NCBI GenBank assembly: GCA_043747615.1 | Contig: JAYTOU010000031.1 | Location: 32,001 to 96,000 of the forward strand | DNA from: Myxococcales bacterium | GTDB taxonomy: Bacteria; Myxococcota_A; Polyangia; Polyangiales; Polyangiaceae | Reading direction: 5' to 3' | DNA length: 64,000 nt | Part shown: in pieces, positions 9,651 through 19,642 of the stretch | Layout: each line of letters begins with the position of its first letter | How positions within the stretch are numbered: position 1 is the stretch's first letter | Program-made: the position numbers and the translations under genes | The notes under the pieces: generated by a model | What the model was told of the DNA's origin: nothing | What the model saw: the letters and a program-made list of their open reading frames with translations, nothing else | The model's database searches: none

Positions 9651-9730
9651 ACGGAGGACGAGCAAAGGAACGCGCGCCTCCTTGGCGAGGTGACGGGGAA
9701 GAAAAAGAGCCGTTGATGTACGTTGGCACC

Positions 9731-11203
9731 ATGACGATGCAAACCGAGCATGTGCCCGAGTCGACGATCAAATCCGCCGGTCCGGTGAACGCGGGCACGA
9801 TCGCGTCGATGGCCGCGATCCTGACGAAGATGAAGGACGCGCAGCGCGCTGCGGGCGCTCCCACGTACGAGCAGCGGATCGCCTCGCTCGACAAGCTCGA
9901 GAAGATGATCCTCGCGAACAAGAACGCGTTCGCCGACGCGATCAGCAAGGACTTCGGAAATCGCTCTCGCCACGAGACGATGGTCGGCGAGGTGTTCATC
10001 ATCCAGAGCGAGATTCAGCACGCGCGCGATCACCTGCGCGACTGGATGGAGACCGAATCTCGAGAGGTGAAGTGGACGTTCATGCCCGCGCGCGCCGAGG
10101 TCATCATGCAGCCGCTCGGCGTGGTGGGGATCATCTCGCCGTGGAACTATCCGATGCAGCTCGCGCTCGCTCCGCTGGTGGGGGCTCTCGCCGCTGGGAA
10201 TCGCGCGATGCTCAAGCCTTCTGAGTACGTGCCGGCGACCGCGGCGCTCCTCGCCAAGACGCTTGGTGAGACGTTTGGTCCGGCGGAGGTGGCGGTGGTC
10301 ACCGGCGGACCGGAGCTCGGCGAAGCGTTCGCCAAGCTCCCTTTCGATCATCTCGTATTCACCGGATCCACCGCGGTCGGACGGATCGTCATGCGGGCCG
10401 CGAGCGACAACCTCACGCCGGTCACCCTCGAGCTCGGAGGAAAATCGCCTGCCATCGTGAGCGCGGATTTCGGTGTCGCCGAGGCCGCAAAGCGGATCAT
10501 GCTCGGCAAGCTTTTCAACGCTGGCCAGACCTGCATCGCCCCGGACTACGTCTTCGTCCCCGAGGGGCAGGTCGATGCCTTCGTGGAAGCCTGCAAAGCC
10601 GCGGCGACGAAGATGTACCCGCAGCTCGCAGCGAACGTGGACTACACGTCGATCGTGAACGCCCGGCATTACGATCGCTTAAAGCGCGTCGTCGACGATG
10701 CGCGCGACAAGGGGGCGAAGATCGTGGAGATCAACCCCGCGAACGAAGACCTCGCCGCCGACAAGCGAAAGCTCGCGCCGACCATTGTCATCAACCCCAC
10801 CGAGGAGATGATCGTGATGCAGGACGAGATCTTCGGCCCCATTCTCCCCGTGATGACCTACACGAAGCTCGACGAAGCGATCGCGTACGTGAACGACCAC
10901 CCGCGCCCGCTCGCGCTCTATTTTTTCGGTCACGATCAGGGCGAGGTCGATCGGGTGCTCGAGACGACCACGTCTGGCGGGGTGTCGATCAACGAGACGA
11001 TGATGCACTGCGCCCAGGACGCGCTCCCGTTCGGGGGCGTCGGAGCGAGCGGGATGGGCCATTACCACGGCCGCGAAGGCTTCGATTCGTTCACGAAGAA
11101 GAAGCCCGTTTTTTATCAGGCACGCCTCAACACGACCGGACTGCTGCGCCCCCCGTACGGAAAGATGATCGACACCTTCTTGAAGTTCATGCTCGGCAGG
11201 TAG
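9731..11203 (+). CDS. calB: Coniferyl aldehyde dehydrogenase-like ALDH (family 3)
   Basis: PLGVVGIISPWNYP, FTGST, LELGGKSP, NAGQTCIAPDY, EIFGP, PFGGVGASGMGHYHG. Start approximate. Confidence 0.88.
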   Translation: MTMQTEHVPESTIKSAGPVNAGTIASMAAILTKMKDAQRAAGAPTYEQRIASLDKLEKMILANKNAFADAISKDFGNRSRHETMVGEVFIIQSEIQHARDHLRDWMETESREVKWTFMPARAEVIMQPLGVVGIISPWNYPMQLALAPLVGALAAGNRAMLKPSEYVPATAALLAKTLGETFGPAEVAVVTGGPELGEAFAKLPFDHLVFTGSTAVGRIVMRAASDNLTPVTLELGGKSPAIVSADFGVAEAAKRIMLGKLFNAGQTCIAPDYVFVPEGQVDAFVEACKAAATKMYPQLAANVDYTSIVNARHYDRLKRVVDDARDKGAKIVEINPANEDLAADKRKLAPTIVINPTEEMIVMQDEIFGPILPVMTYTKLDEAIAYVNDHPRPLALYFFGHDQGEVDRVLETTTSGGVSINETMMHCAQDALPFGGVGASGMGHYHGREGFDSFTKKKPVFYQARLNTTGLLRPPYGKMIDTFLKFMLGR

Positions 11204-11286
11204 GCGCGCGTCACGGGGCCGTCATGTCCTGTCATCTCTTGGGGGCTGCTCTTGTTCGAGCGCGTGAGCAAGCTCACCATTAATCG

Positions 11287-12741
11287 GTGAAACAGGTCTC
11301 CAACGCCCCCAAGGAGAGCTTGCTCGTCCTGTCGGACGTGCATCTCGGGAGTGATCTGAACGAGCATGCGCGCGTCACGGGCGTCGGCCGTCGCTCGAAG
11401 AGTGTCGATCACGATCTGGTGATGCTCCTGCGTCATTACCGGCAGACGAAGCCTTTGGGCGCGAGCTGGAGGATCGTCATCGCGGGTGACTTCATCGACT
11501 TCATTGGAATGTCGATTCCTCCCTCAGGGGAAGACCTGTCGACGGAGCCGAGCGCAGAGGAGCTTGAGCACGGCCTCGGCAACTCCTCGGATCACGCGCG
11601 GATCAAGCTCCGCAAGGTGGCCGAGCGTCACCGCGAGGTCTTCACGGCGCTCGCATCGTTCGTCGCAGAGGGGCACGCGCTCACCATCGTGCACGGCAAT
11701 CACGATCTCGAGTTTCACTGGGACGTCGTAAAGGACGAGCTTCGCAAGCAGCTCCACCAGTCGCTCGAGCCCGGGCTAGCGATCAGTCAAGCTGAGCTCT
11801 CCTCGCGCATCGAGTTCAATCCTTGGTTCTTCTACGTGAACGGCGTCGCGTACATCGAGCACGGACACCAGTACGATCCGTTCTGCGCGACGGACCACAT
11901 CATGTCGCCGCTCTCTCCGCTCGATCCGCGGCGGGCGGCGCGGGGCTTCTGCGACATATTGCTGCGCTTCGTGGTGCGTCCCACCAAAGGAATGAAAGAG
12001 TACGGACACGAGCACCTCGGGATCGTCGATTACCTCGCGTTCGGTGTGAACCTCGGCCTCGGGGGAATGCTCAAGCTCGGGATGCGTTACGGAAGTGCCG
12101 TGCGCGAGCTTCTCCGCTTGCGGCGAGGCTACTTCAGCGAGGCGACGAAGGCTCTCAAGGTCGAGCACGAGCGGCTCGTCGCCACCCTCGGCGAAAAGAC
12201 GCGTATCGGGCTCGATCGCCTCCGTGCCGTCATGGCCCTTCAGTCTCCGCCGATCACGCGCACCATCAGCGGGATCCTGGCGAGCCTCCTGCTCGACAAG
12301 CTTGCTCTCGCCGTCTTGTCGCTCGTGGCGCTCCTCATCGTCGGACTGGTCGGGGTCCGTCACGGGCGCGTGTGGTACGCGGCAATAGCCATTGCAGGAG
12401 CCTGGGGGTTCTTCCACTGGTACCTCGGCAGCAAGCGAAAGGTCGATCCGGCCGACGAGCTCATCGAGCGTGCGGGACGCCTAGCGAAGCTTTTTCCAGC
12501 GGCGTTCGTGGTCATGGGGCACACCCACATCCCAGTCAAAGTGGCGGTCAACCAAGGCCAGCTCGAAGGGCAGGCGACCTACATCAACCTGGGATCGTGG
12601 GCCGAAGAAGAAGAGGCAACGGTGCCCGACGCGCAGGCCGCGCGCACACACCTCGTCATTCACCCCGGTGAATCGGGAGCCGTCGCCGAGTTCCTGAAGT
12701 GGGACTCGACCGCTGGACCGCGCGCGTTCGTCGCCGGCTGA
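11287..12741 (+). CDS. Calcineurin-like metallophosphoesterase with inserted TM hairpin
   Basis: SDVHLG, AGDFIDF, HGNHD, EHGH, MGHTH; two hydrophobic helices lie before the last motif. Confidence 0.8.
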   Translation: MKQVSNAPKESLLVLSDVHLGSDLNEHARVTGVGRRSKSVDHDLVMLLRHYRQTKPLGASWRIVIAGDFIDFIGMSIPPSGEDLSTEPSAEELEHGLGNSSDHARIKLRKVAERHREVFTALASFVAEGHALTIVHGNHDLEFHWDVVKDELRKQLHQSLEPGLAISQAELSSRIEFNPWFFYVNGVAYIEHGHQYDPFCATDHIMSPLSPLDPRRAARGFCDILLRFVVRPTKGMKEYGHEHLGIVDYLAFGVNLGLGGMLKLGMRYGSAVRELLRLRRGYFSEATKALKVEHERLVATLGEKTRIGLDRLRAVMALQSPPITRTISGILASLLLDKLALAVLSLVALLIVGLVGVRHGRVWYAAIAIAGAWGFFHWYLGSKRKVDPADELIERAGRLAKLFPAAFVVMGHTHIPVKVAVNQGQLEGQATYINLGSWAEEEEATVPDAQAARTHLVIHPGESGAVAEFLKWDSTAGPRAFVAG

Positions 12742-12742
12742 G

Positions 12743-13267
12743 TCAGCTGCTTAGAAGCGCTTCGAAGAGGACTTCTACGAGCCCGAGCCCGACGTCGATA
12801 GCAACGCCTGCGGCCACGCTCGTCGCCACGTCGCCGGCCGACAGCCCATCGTCTTTTACCGCGTAGTGTGCGTCGGCGGCGGTGATGAGGTGCGTGCGGT
12901 CCTCCCGTGTTTTTCGGGTGGCGGCGAAAGCGCGCACCACGGATTGGAGCTCTCCACGGTCGAACCACGTTCCATGTAGATTGCATGTATCGAGGGAGAG
13001 CGCCGCCCCATCGACCCTGACCCCCTGCATATCTTTGCGGCACACCGGGCAGCGCGGCCGAGCCTCGTGCGGAGGAAACGGCATCGTGGCCATCAGGGAT
13101 GCGGCGTCGGCGAGCGACACGAACGACGGGTCGATCGCGGTGACGACCTGCTGGGACGCGGCCGCGTCGAGCCACACTCCTCCGCACGAGGCGCAGCCAA
13201 AGACCGCGGCAGATACGGCTCGCCCCGCGACGAGGGTGCATCCGCAATGGGGGCAGGTTAAATCCAT
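12743..13267 (-). CDS. Double zinc-ribbon (zf-TFIIB-like) protein
   Basis: CPHC...CASCGGVWLD and CPVC...CNLHGTWFDRGEL. Start ATG 13267. Confidence 0.8.
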   Translation of the reverse strand: MDLTCPHCGCTLVAGRAVSAAVFGCASCGGVWLDAAASQQVVTAIDPSFVSLADAASLMATMPFPPHEARPRCPVCRKDMQGVRVDGAALSLDTCNLHGTWFDRGELQSVVRAFAATRKTREDRTHLITAADAHYAVKDDGLSAGDVATSVAAGVAIDVGLGLVEVLFEALLSS

Positions 13268-13269
13268 CG

Positions 13270-14346
13270 TCAGACGAGCCCGGCGGCGGCGCGGTCCAGG
13301 AACTCGTCGAGAGCCCCGAGGAGCTCGCGATTCCCGTCCTGCTCGTAGAATGCCAAGTTTTTCTCGCACTCCGGGACGACCTTCAAGAAGTCTTCGACCA
13401 CCCGCGGATCGCTCAGGGTCGTCGCCTCGCGACCGAAGCCAGCACGCTCGAGGTACCGCGCGTTGAGCACTTGCTCGAACTGCCCGCGAAGAGGAACGGC
13501 GAGCATCGGTTTTTTGAGGAACACCGCCTCGCCCATGAGGGTGAAGCCGCCGCCTGCGATGACTGCGCGCGCCGAGGCCAGGTCGGCGATGAAACCGTCC
13601 TCGCTGAACGCACGAAAGTGAAGGTTGCCTTCGACGACCTCCTCTTTGATGTCGCGCTTCATCCCGTAGATCCTGCACTCCTGTCCCGTTTGCGCGAGCG
13701 TTGCCTCGAGCGTGTCGTTGCCTTCCGCCGTCTGGTAGACGAGCAAGTGGTCGCCGCGCACCGGCTTCGCACGTGCGATTTCCGGCCGCAGGATCGGCGG
13801 GAAAAGCCTTGTTTTTGGCTTGCGAATCGTCGGCCGAAAAAACGTGGTGATGAAGTACTCGTTACAGAACGGCAGCTTCGCCTTCACGAACCCGCGCGCC
13901 ACCTGAAAGTCCGCGTGGTTGTCCTTGAGGATCGCTTCGTCGTGCGTGCAACGATTGATGATCTGCATGTTGTCGATGGAAAGGATCGGAAGACGATGCG
14001 TCTTGGCATAGAGGTACGTCCACGACTCGAAATCACTGATTACCAGTTGGGGGCGAAACTCCGTGATCAGATCGAAATAAGCGGCAATGTTCTTGGGAAC
14101 CCCCGCCACTCCGGAGATGGCGTTCGAGGCGATCGTCTTTCCCAGGCGCATTTGGTTCTCTTCGTAGATCATGTGAAGACCGTGGATCCGATTCACCCCT
14201 TCGAATCGCTTCGCGAGGAACTCGGTCGCTCGCCCCGAGGCCATGATGTGGACCTCGTGCTTCTGTGCCACCAGATGCTCGAGGACAACGCGCGAACGCA
14301 TCGCGTGCCCCATCCCTTCGCCCACCACGCCGTAGAGGATCTTCAC
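13270..14346 (-). CDS. MJ1255/VC2487 family glycosyltransferase (GT-B)
   Basis: KILYGVVGEGMGHAMRS, ISDFE, GGGFTLMGEA, GQFEQVLNA. GTG start with TAGCAT 7 nt upstream. Confidence 0.85.
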   Translation of the reverse strand: MKILYGVVGEGMGHAMRSRVVLEHLVAQKHEVHIMASGRATEFLAKRFEGVNRIHGLHMIYEENQMRLGKTIASNAISGVAGVPKNIAAYFDLITEFRPQLVISDFESWTYLYAKTHRLPILSIDNMQIINRCTHDEAILKDNHADFQVARGFVKAKLPFCNEYFITTFFRPTIRKPKTRLFPPILRPEIARAKPVRGDHLLVYQTAEGNDTLEATLAQTGQECRIYGMKRDIKEEVVEGNLHFRAFSEDGFIADLASARAVIAGGGFTLMGEAVFLKKPMLAVPLRGQFEQVLNARYLERAGFGREATTLSDPRVVEDFLKVVPECEKNLAFYEQDGNRELLGALDEFLDRAAAGLV

Positions 14347-14376
14347 GGCGACCATGCTAGCGCGGAAGATAGCTGA

Positions 14377-15372
14377 ATGCGCGCGCACCGAATCTGGAGC
14401 GAGACCGTCTCGTACCCCACGCTCATGGACCGTCGTACGCTGCGCCTGCTGCGGCGATTTTCGATCGAGCTGCTCGTCGCGGTGAGGCCGTGGGACGCGC
14501 CAGTCGTGGCAGATCTCAGCCGCGCCTGCCTCGACGAAGGGGTGAGCCTCGGTCTCTGGCCGATGCTCGCCGACGGTGAAGGTCGCTGGGTGAATGTGCA
14601 GAATGCATCTAAATTCGGCGCGCTCATCGACCAACTTCTGGAAGGACTGGATCCGCGCGGTTTAGTTCCGAAGGAGATCGTCTTCGACCTCGAGCCCTCG
14701 ATGCTCGTGGCGCGCGCCCTTCTCGATCGCCGCGAAAGTGCATCTGGCGTCGCGTCGATGTTTCGCTCCGCAGGTGACACGCACTCGTTCGAAGATGGGC
14801 AGCGCACGCTGGCCCGGTCGACGCAGGCTCTCGTGGATCGCGGAATTTCGTGCGCCGCGGCGCTCGTTCCCCTCGTTCTTCTCGACACGCCGCAGGGTGC
14901 GCCGTGGCAGAAGCTCCTTGGCACTCCGGTGGACGAGCCGCGCTGGGATCGGGTCAGCGTCATGCTCTACACCTCGATACTCGAGGGTTGGTCGAAGGGC
15001 ACGATGCGCCGCCGTCATGCTCTCGAAATCCTCGAGCGAGCCAGTCTCGCCACACGTGCACGCTTCGGGGCACGCGGCGGAGTCTCCCTCGGTGCGGTTG
15101 GAACGGGCGCCTTCGGAAACGAGCCCGTATATCGCGGCGCGCACGAGCTCGCGCAGGACGTCGGTTCGACTCTCGCATCGGGGATCACCGACATCACGCT
15201 GTTCGATCTTGGCGGGGTGCTCGCGCGCTCGCCGGCCGAGTCATGGCTCGCTGCGCTGGTGGAGACAGACGCAATCGAAGCGCCATCCCGGAATGCGCTC
15301 CGCCTACGTGCCGCGAATTCCTTGGAGCGACTGGGAACGCTGGGCCTCGCTCGGCTGCTCATGCGTCGGTAA
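14377..15372 (+). CDS. Hypothetical protein (alpha/beta, possibly TIM-barrel-like)
   Basis: 331-aa ORF filling the gap, globular composition, no recognised motif. Confidence 0.6.
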   Translation: MRAHRIWSETVSYPTLMDRRTLRLLRRFSIELLVAVRPWDAPVVADLSRACLDEGVSLGLWPMLADGEGRWVNVQNASKFGALIDQLLEGLDPRGLVPKEIVFDLEPSMLVARALLDRRESASGVASMFRSAGDTHSFEDGQRTLARSTQALVDRGISCAAALVPLVLLDTPQGAPWQKLLGTPVDEPRWDRVSVMLYTSILEGWSKGTMRRRHALEILERASLATRARFGARGGVSLGAVGTGAFGNEPVYRGAHELAQDVGSTLASGITDITLFDLGGVLARSPAESWLAALVETDAIEAPSRNALRLRAANSLERLGTLGLARLLMRR

Positions 15373-15375
15373 ACG

Positions 15376-15399
15376 CCCGACGACGACTCAATCGTCGGG
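15376..15399. terminator. Hairpin between convergent genes
   Basis: CCCGACGA-N8-TCGTCGGG; no U-tract. Confidence 0.35.
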
Positions 15400-15882
15400 A
15401 TGCCAGGGGTACCGGAGGGTTGCGACGTCGCCGAAGCCGTCGCGGATCCTGGCGCAGACGGACTCGGCATCTTCCGTTTCAACCAGCCACGCCGACAGTG
15501 GTTGTCCGACGGTGAGGACGGCGCTGTACGCGCGGCGGATTGTGCGACGGTGGACAAGGGACCGGAATGCGCGCCGCATGCAGCTTAGACCGGCAAGCGT
15601 GAGGGTCACGATGCGCTGGCGAGTGTCGCCCTGCGATGGCCGGACGCGGCTGACCAGGCCGAGTTCTTCGAGGGACCGAAGCATGCGGCTCACCGTAGGG
15701 GCCGTGACTCCGAGCGCGCGTCGGAGATCGCTCTGTCGCATGCAGCGACTCTTGTTCGAGCCCTTGATCGCGTAGAGCATGTCGAACCGCGCGGCCGTTA
15801 ATCCGAAGGCGGCAATGGCGGATCGCGTGAACCGAAGGGACGCCTGGTACGCACGCTTCAGTCCAAAAAGTATCGCGTTCAT
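15388..15882 (-). CDS. MarR family transcriptional regulator
   Basis: FGLTAARFDML, QSDLRRALGVTAPTVSRMLRSLEELGLV, DTRQRIVTLT. Start ATG 15882. Confidence 0.85.
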   Translation of the reverse strand: MNAILFGLKRAYQASLRFTRSAIAAFGLTAARFDMLYAIKGSNKSRCMRQSDLRRALGVTAPTVSRMLRSLEELGLVSRVRPSQGDTRQRIVTLTLAGLSCMRRAFRSLVHRRTIRRAYSAVLTVGQPLSAWLVETEDAESVCARIRDGFGDVATLRYPWHPDD

Positions 15883-15893
15883 GACCGTCGCTG

Positions 15894-15909
15894 AGCACGA
15901 CCCGTGCCG
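15894..15909 (-). promoter_or_regulatory. Sigma-54 promoter of MarR gene
   Basis: CGGCACGGGTCGTGCT (GG-N10-GC); GC is 12 nt before ATG. Confidence 0.6.
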
Positions 15910-16125
15910 CACGGCCCCCGCCTGCGTCCCCCCTCGCCGCACACCGTCGAAACGGCCCGACACCATGAGCAAGCTAACGAACGTGGTCTCGCCGGCCCTG
16001 GCTGCTGAGAAGGTGACGCTGCGGGGTGGCGGGTGTCCCGGTCGACATTCGCCTGTTCCCGGACAGCTCGGCTCATCGACCGTGGGACGGGACGCGTCGC
16101 AAGTACGATCGATTTCGGATTGCGC

Positions 16126-16887
16126 TTAGCGCGATTCGTAAACCTTGACCGAGGGGAGCTCGACGGCGGTGAGAAATCCCCCTTTGCCGCAGCCCGTGTC
16201 GATGACCAGCACTGCCTCGCCGGCCCACATGTCGAGCGGGTCTTCAGGCGTGAACGAGGAAAGCTCGGGCGGGAGATGATCGGTCGAAGTGTGCCCGCAG
16301 ACCACCCGCTTGCCACGGTAGTTCTGGAAGAAGTCCATGGTCCGCACCCAAAGGAGGATCGATTTTTCGACTACCTCGCTGGGGTGTAACCAACGATCCT
16401 TGTCTTTCCCCGCGCCTTTTACGAGGCCGGCGTGGATGTAAATCGCATGCTCGTCTTCGTAGAAGTGAGGAAGGCTGCCCATCCAAGCGATGACGCCTTC
16501 CGGGAAGAAGGAGGCAAGGAGCATCGACTGGTATTCCTCCTTCGTCGGCAGATCGCCCTCGAAGTAGAGGCTGCCCGTGAACGAACGCAGCGTCGCCAAA
16601 CAGCCATTTTGTGCAGGAATCACGAATTCTGGCCAGCCACCGGTGGCGACGCGCAGCCAGCCGTCTTCGTGGTTGCCGCGCAGCGGTACCACCTTTGCCT
16701 GGGTGGCCTTCGGCAGCTGATTCCGGATGTACTCGATGACTTGGGCCGACTGCGGACCGCGGTCCAAGTAGTCGCCCACAAATACGATGGTGTCTTTTTC
16801 GTCGAGCTTCGGAAGGCGAAGGAGGACTCGCTTGAGTGCTTCGAGATCGCCGTGAATGTCGCCGAAGGCGAACGTGCGATTGGCCAT
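16126..16887 (-). CDS. PPP-family Ser/Thr protein phosphatase
   Basis: GDIHG, GDYLDRG, RGNHE, HAG, CGHT, IDTG. Confidence 0.9.
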   Translation of the reverse strand: MANRTFAFGDIHGDLEALKRVLLRLPKLDEKDTIVFVGDYLDRGPQSAQVIEYIRNQLPKATQAKVVPLRGNHEDGWLRVATGGWPEFVIPAQNGCLATLRSFTGSLYFEGDLPTKEEYQSMLLASFFPEGVIAWMGSLPHFYEDEHAIYIHAGLVKGAGKDKDRWLHPSEVVEKSILLWVRTMDFFQNYRGKRVVCGHTSTDHLPPELSSFTPEDPLDMWAGEAVLVIDTGCGKGGFLTAVELPSVKVYESR

Positions 16888-16915
16888 GTCGTCCTCTACG
16901 CTTTGGGTGAACGAC

Positions 16916-18337
16916 TCAGTTGAACCACTTGTTCGGGGGTGGAATGTAGATCCCGCCGGGGCCTGTGCGCCGCGTTTCCTTCTTGGCCCCCTTCGTAGCC
17001 GGATTGGATGGCGGGGTCGATGCTGCGTTTCCCGATTTTGGTGCGTCGGGGTCAGCGCTCGTCGAGGGTGCCGCCCGGTCGATGACCGGATTCGGAGGTG
17101 GCGGGAGAACTACTGTGTCCGTGCTCGGAACGACCGTGGCTGCGCTCGCAGCGTCGCTCGTCCGGAGCTTCTCCGCGGCCGCTCGCCTGGCGCCAACGAC
17201 CACGATCAGGACGACCATCACGAGCAGTCCGAAGACACCCGCTGCTGCTGCGATCCACAGCGGAAACGCCGTTCGTTCGGCGGGAGCGCGAGTAATCTTC
17301 GGAGTGGCTGGCGTTATGGCCAAAGCCGTCGGCGGACCGGCGACCGCGATCATCGTGGGCATCGTGCCCATCGGCTCGGGGACGCGTGCCGCGACCAACT
17401 TACGGGAAGAGACTGCGACGGGTGCGCGGAGGATCGCCTCGATCGCAGTCGAGAGATCGTGCGCACTTGCGAGACGATCGTTCGGCTGCTTCGCGAGGAG
17501 GCGCGCGAGGATGGTCGCAATGCGGGGATCGAGCTCTGCGGTAACGTCGTCCGCCAGGGCTGGCACGTCCTCGAAAACGTGACTGCGGAGCACCGTGACT
17601 GCCCCCCCGCCGAATGGGCGCTCACCCGCGAGAAGCTCGTAGAGGATCACACCCGTCGAGTAAAGGTCCGTGCGGAAGTCGACGGCCTGACCGAGCGCCT
17701 GTTCCGGCGACATGTAATCGGGGGTTCCAAAGACCGCGCCCACCCGGGTCAGTGGCAGTGCGCCCGCGGCGACCGATCCGGGAGCCTCCTGGATTTCCAC
17801 TTTGGCGATTCCGAAATCGAGCACCTTCACGAAGTCCGTCTGTCCTTCGTGAGTGACGAGCATCACGTTCTCCGGCTTTAGATCGCGGTGCACGACTCCC
17901 TTGGCGTGCGCCGCGGCGAGGGCCAGCGCGATCCCGTGGACGATCCGGATGGCGCGCATGGGACCAAGCCGCCCCTTGTCGATCGCCACGCGGAGCGTCT
18001 CGCCCTTCACGTACTCCAAGACCAGGAAAAAAGAGCCGTCAGGCAGCTTTCCGAAGTCCGTCGCCGCCGCCACGTTGGGGTGCTCGATGCGGCCTGCGGC
18101 GACGGCTTCGCGCTCGAAGCGAGCGGAGATCTCCCCGGCTCCGCTCAGCGCTTCGTGGAGCACCTTCAACGCGAACTGCTTGCGCATGTGCACGTGCTCG
18201 ACGAGGTAGACAGCGCCCATTCCGCCCTCGCCGAGCTCGGCAACTATTCGGTAGCGGTCGGCGATGAGCGTGCCCGCCGCCAGCTGAGGAATTTTTTGCG
18301 TCGCTGGCGCGGCAGAGCTCAGGGGCGTCGTCGACAT
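16916..18337 (-). CDS. Transmembrane Ser/Thr protein kinase
   Basis: GEGGMGAVY, ALK, HRDLKPEN, DFG, GTPDYMSPE, then TM helix and Pro-rich tail. Confidence 0.95.
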   Translation of the reverse strand: MSTTPLSSAAPATQKIPQLAAGTLIADRYRIVAELGEGGMGAVYLVEHVHMRKQFALKVLHEALSGAGEISARFEREAVAAGRIEHPNVAAATDFGKLPDGSFFLVLEYVKGETLRVAIDKGRLGPMRAIRIVHGIALALAAAHAKGVVHRDLKPENVMLVTHEGQTDFVKVLDFGIAKVEIQEAPGSVAAGALPLTRVGAVFGTPDYMSPEQALGQAVDFRTDLYSTGVILYELLAGERPFGGGAVTVLRSHVFEDVPALADDVTAELDPRIATILARLLAKQPNDRLASAHDLSTAIEAILRAPVAVSSRKLVAARVPEPMGTMPTMIAVAGPPTALAITPATPKITRAPAERTAFPLWIAAAAGVFGLLVMVVLIVVVGARRAAAEKLRTSDAASAATVVPSTDTVVLPPPPNPVIDRAAPSTSADPDAPKSGNAASTPPSNPATKGAKKETRRTGPGGIYIPPPNKWFN

Positions 18338-18460
18338 GAGCCTTTAGTCTACCACCGTCCACACGCCGAGCCTCGTGCTGGACAAGAAATAGGAATGTCG
18401 CTATGCGCTGCGCCGCATGCTGTTCACCACGCGGCACAGCCTCCCGAAGGTCGATTAGGA

Positions 18461-19642
18461 GTGTTCTCGACGCGCACGTCGATTGATCGTTCGCTAAACC
18501 CGCTCGCCTTCGCCCTCGAACGCGCGCGTGCGGGCGGCGCTGCGATCATCGATCTCACGATCTCGAACCCCACCACCGCGAGCATTCCCTACCCGCGTGA
18601 TGCCATTCTCGAGGCGCTCGGCGATCCGCGGTCGCTGACCTACGAGCCGCTCCCGTTCGGTCTTCCCGAAGCGCGCCGAGCCATCGCCGACCTCTACGCG
18701 AACACCCACGCCGTCGACCCCGAACGCGTAGTGCTCACCGCGAGCACGAGCGAGGCGTACTCCCTGCTCTTCAAGCTCCTTTGCGATCCGGGGGACGACG
18801 TCGCGGTTCCGCAGCCGAGCTACCCGCTCTTCGATCACCTCGCGGCCTTCGAGTCCGTCGCGCTCGTGCCCTACCACCTGGCCTACGATGGCGCGTGGCA
18901 CCTCGACGCCGAATCACTCGCCCGCGCGGTTGGCCCCCGGACACGGGCCATCCTCGTCGTCAGCCCTAACAACCCCACCGGCTCGTACCTCAAACGAGCC
19001 GAGCTCGCCCGACTCTCCTCCTTTGGCCTTCCGATCATCTGCGACGAAGTGTTCGCGACCTACCCGCTCGGCGTCGGCGGACCTCACGGGACTGAAGAGC
19101 GCGTCCTCGGGATCCTCGAGGAAACGAAGGTCCTCGTCTTCCTTCTCAGTGGGCTCTCGAAGCTTGCCGCTCTCCCGCAGATAAAGCTCGGCTGGATGAT
19201 CGTCGGAGGTCCCGACGCCGAAGTGAAAGAAGCGCTCGGTCGTCTGGAGCTCATCGCCGACAGCTTTCTCTCCGTTGGCGCACCGGCACAGAATGCGCTT
19301 GCCGCCCTCCTCGCGTCGCGTGCGATGGCGACTGCGGCGATCGCTGGACGTACGGAGCGCAACCTCGCCCGCCTCGACGCGCTGGTGGGTGCGGACTCGA
19401 CGGTCACCCGGCTACATCTGGAAGGAGGCTGGTACGCAACACTCCGCCTTCCCCGCCTCGAATGCGTCGATTGGGCAATCGCGCTCCTCGAAAGAGAAGC
19501 GGTCTACGTCCACCCCGGAGCGTTCTTCGGCTTCGGCGACGAGGTGCATGTCGTCCTCAGCCTCCTCACTCCCGAAGAGGCGTTCGCAGAAGGCGTGCGC
19601 CGCATCGTCACTCGCGTGGCGCGCATGGTGGAAGCCCCATGA
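18461..19642 (+). CDS. PLP-dependent aminotransferase class I/II
   Basis: PSYP, SPNNPTG, CDEVF, SGLSK. Start reset to GTG 18461 (MFSTRT). Confidence 0.88.
   Translation: MFSTRTSIDRSLNPLAFALERARAGGAAIIDLTISNPTTASIPYPRDAILEALGDPRSLTYEPLPFGLPEARRAIADLYANTHAVDPERVVLTASTSEAYSLLFKLLCDPGDDVAVPQPSYPLFDHLAAFESVALVPYHLAYDGAWHLDAESLARAVGPRTRAILVVSPNNPTGSYLKRAELARLSSFGLPIICDEVFATYPLGVGGPHGTEERVLGILEETKVLVFLLSGLSKLAALPQIKLGWMIVGGPDAEVKEALGRLELIADSFLSVGAPAQNALAALLASRAMATAAIAGRTERNLARLDALVGADSTVTRLHLEGGWYATLRLPRLECVDWAIALLEREAVYVHPGAFFGFGDEVHVVLSLLTPEEAFAEGVRRIVTRVARMVEAP

Noticed and set aside
9724..9741. Sigma-54 promoter TGGCAC upstream of calB
   Set aside because: GG to GC spacing is 12 nt, not 10.
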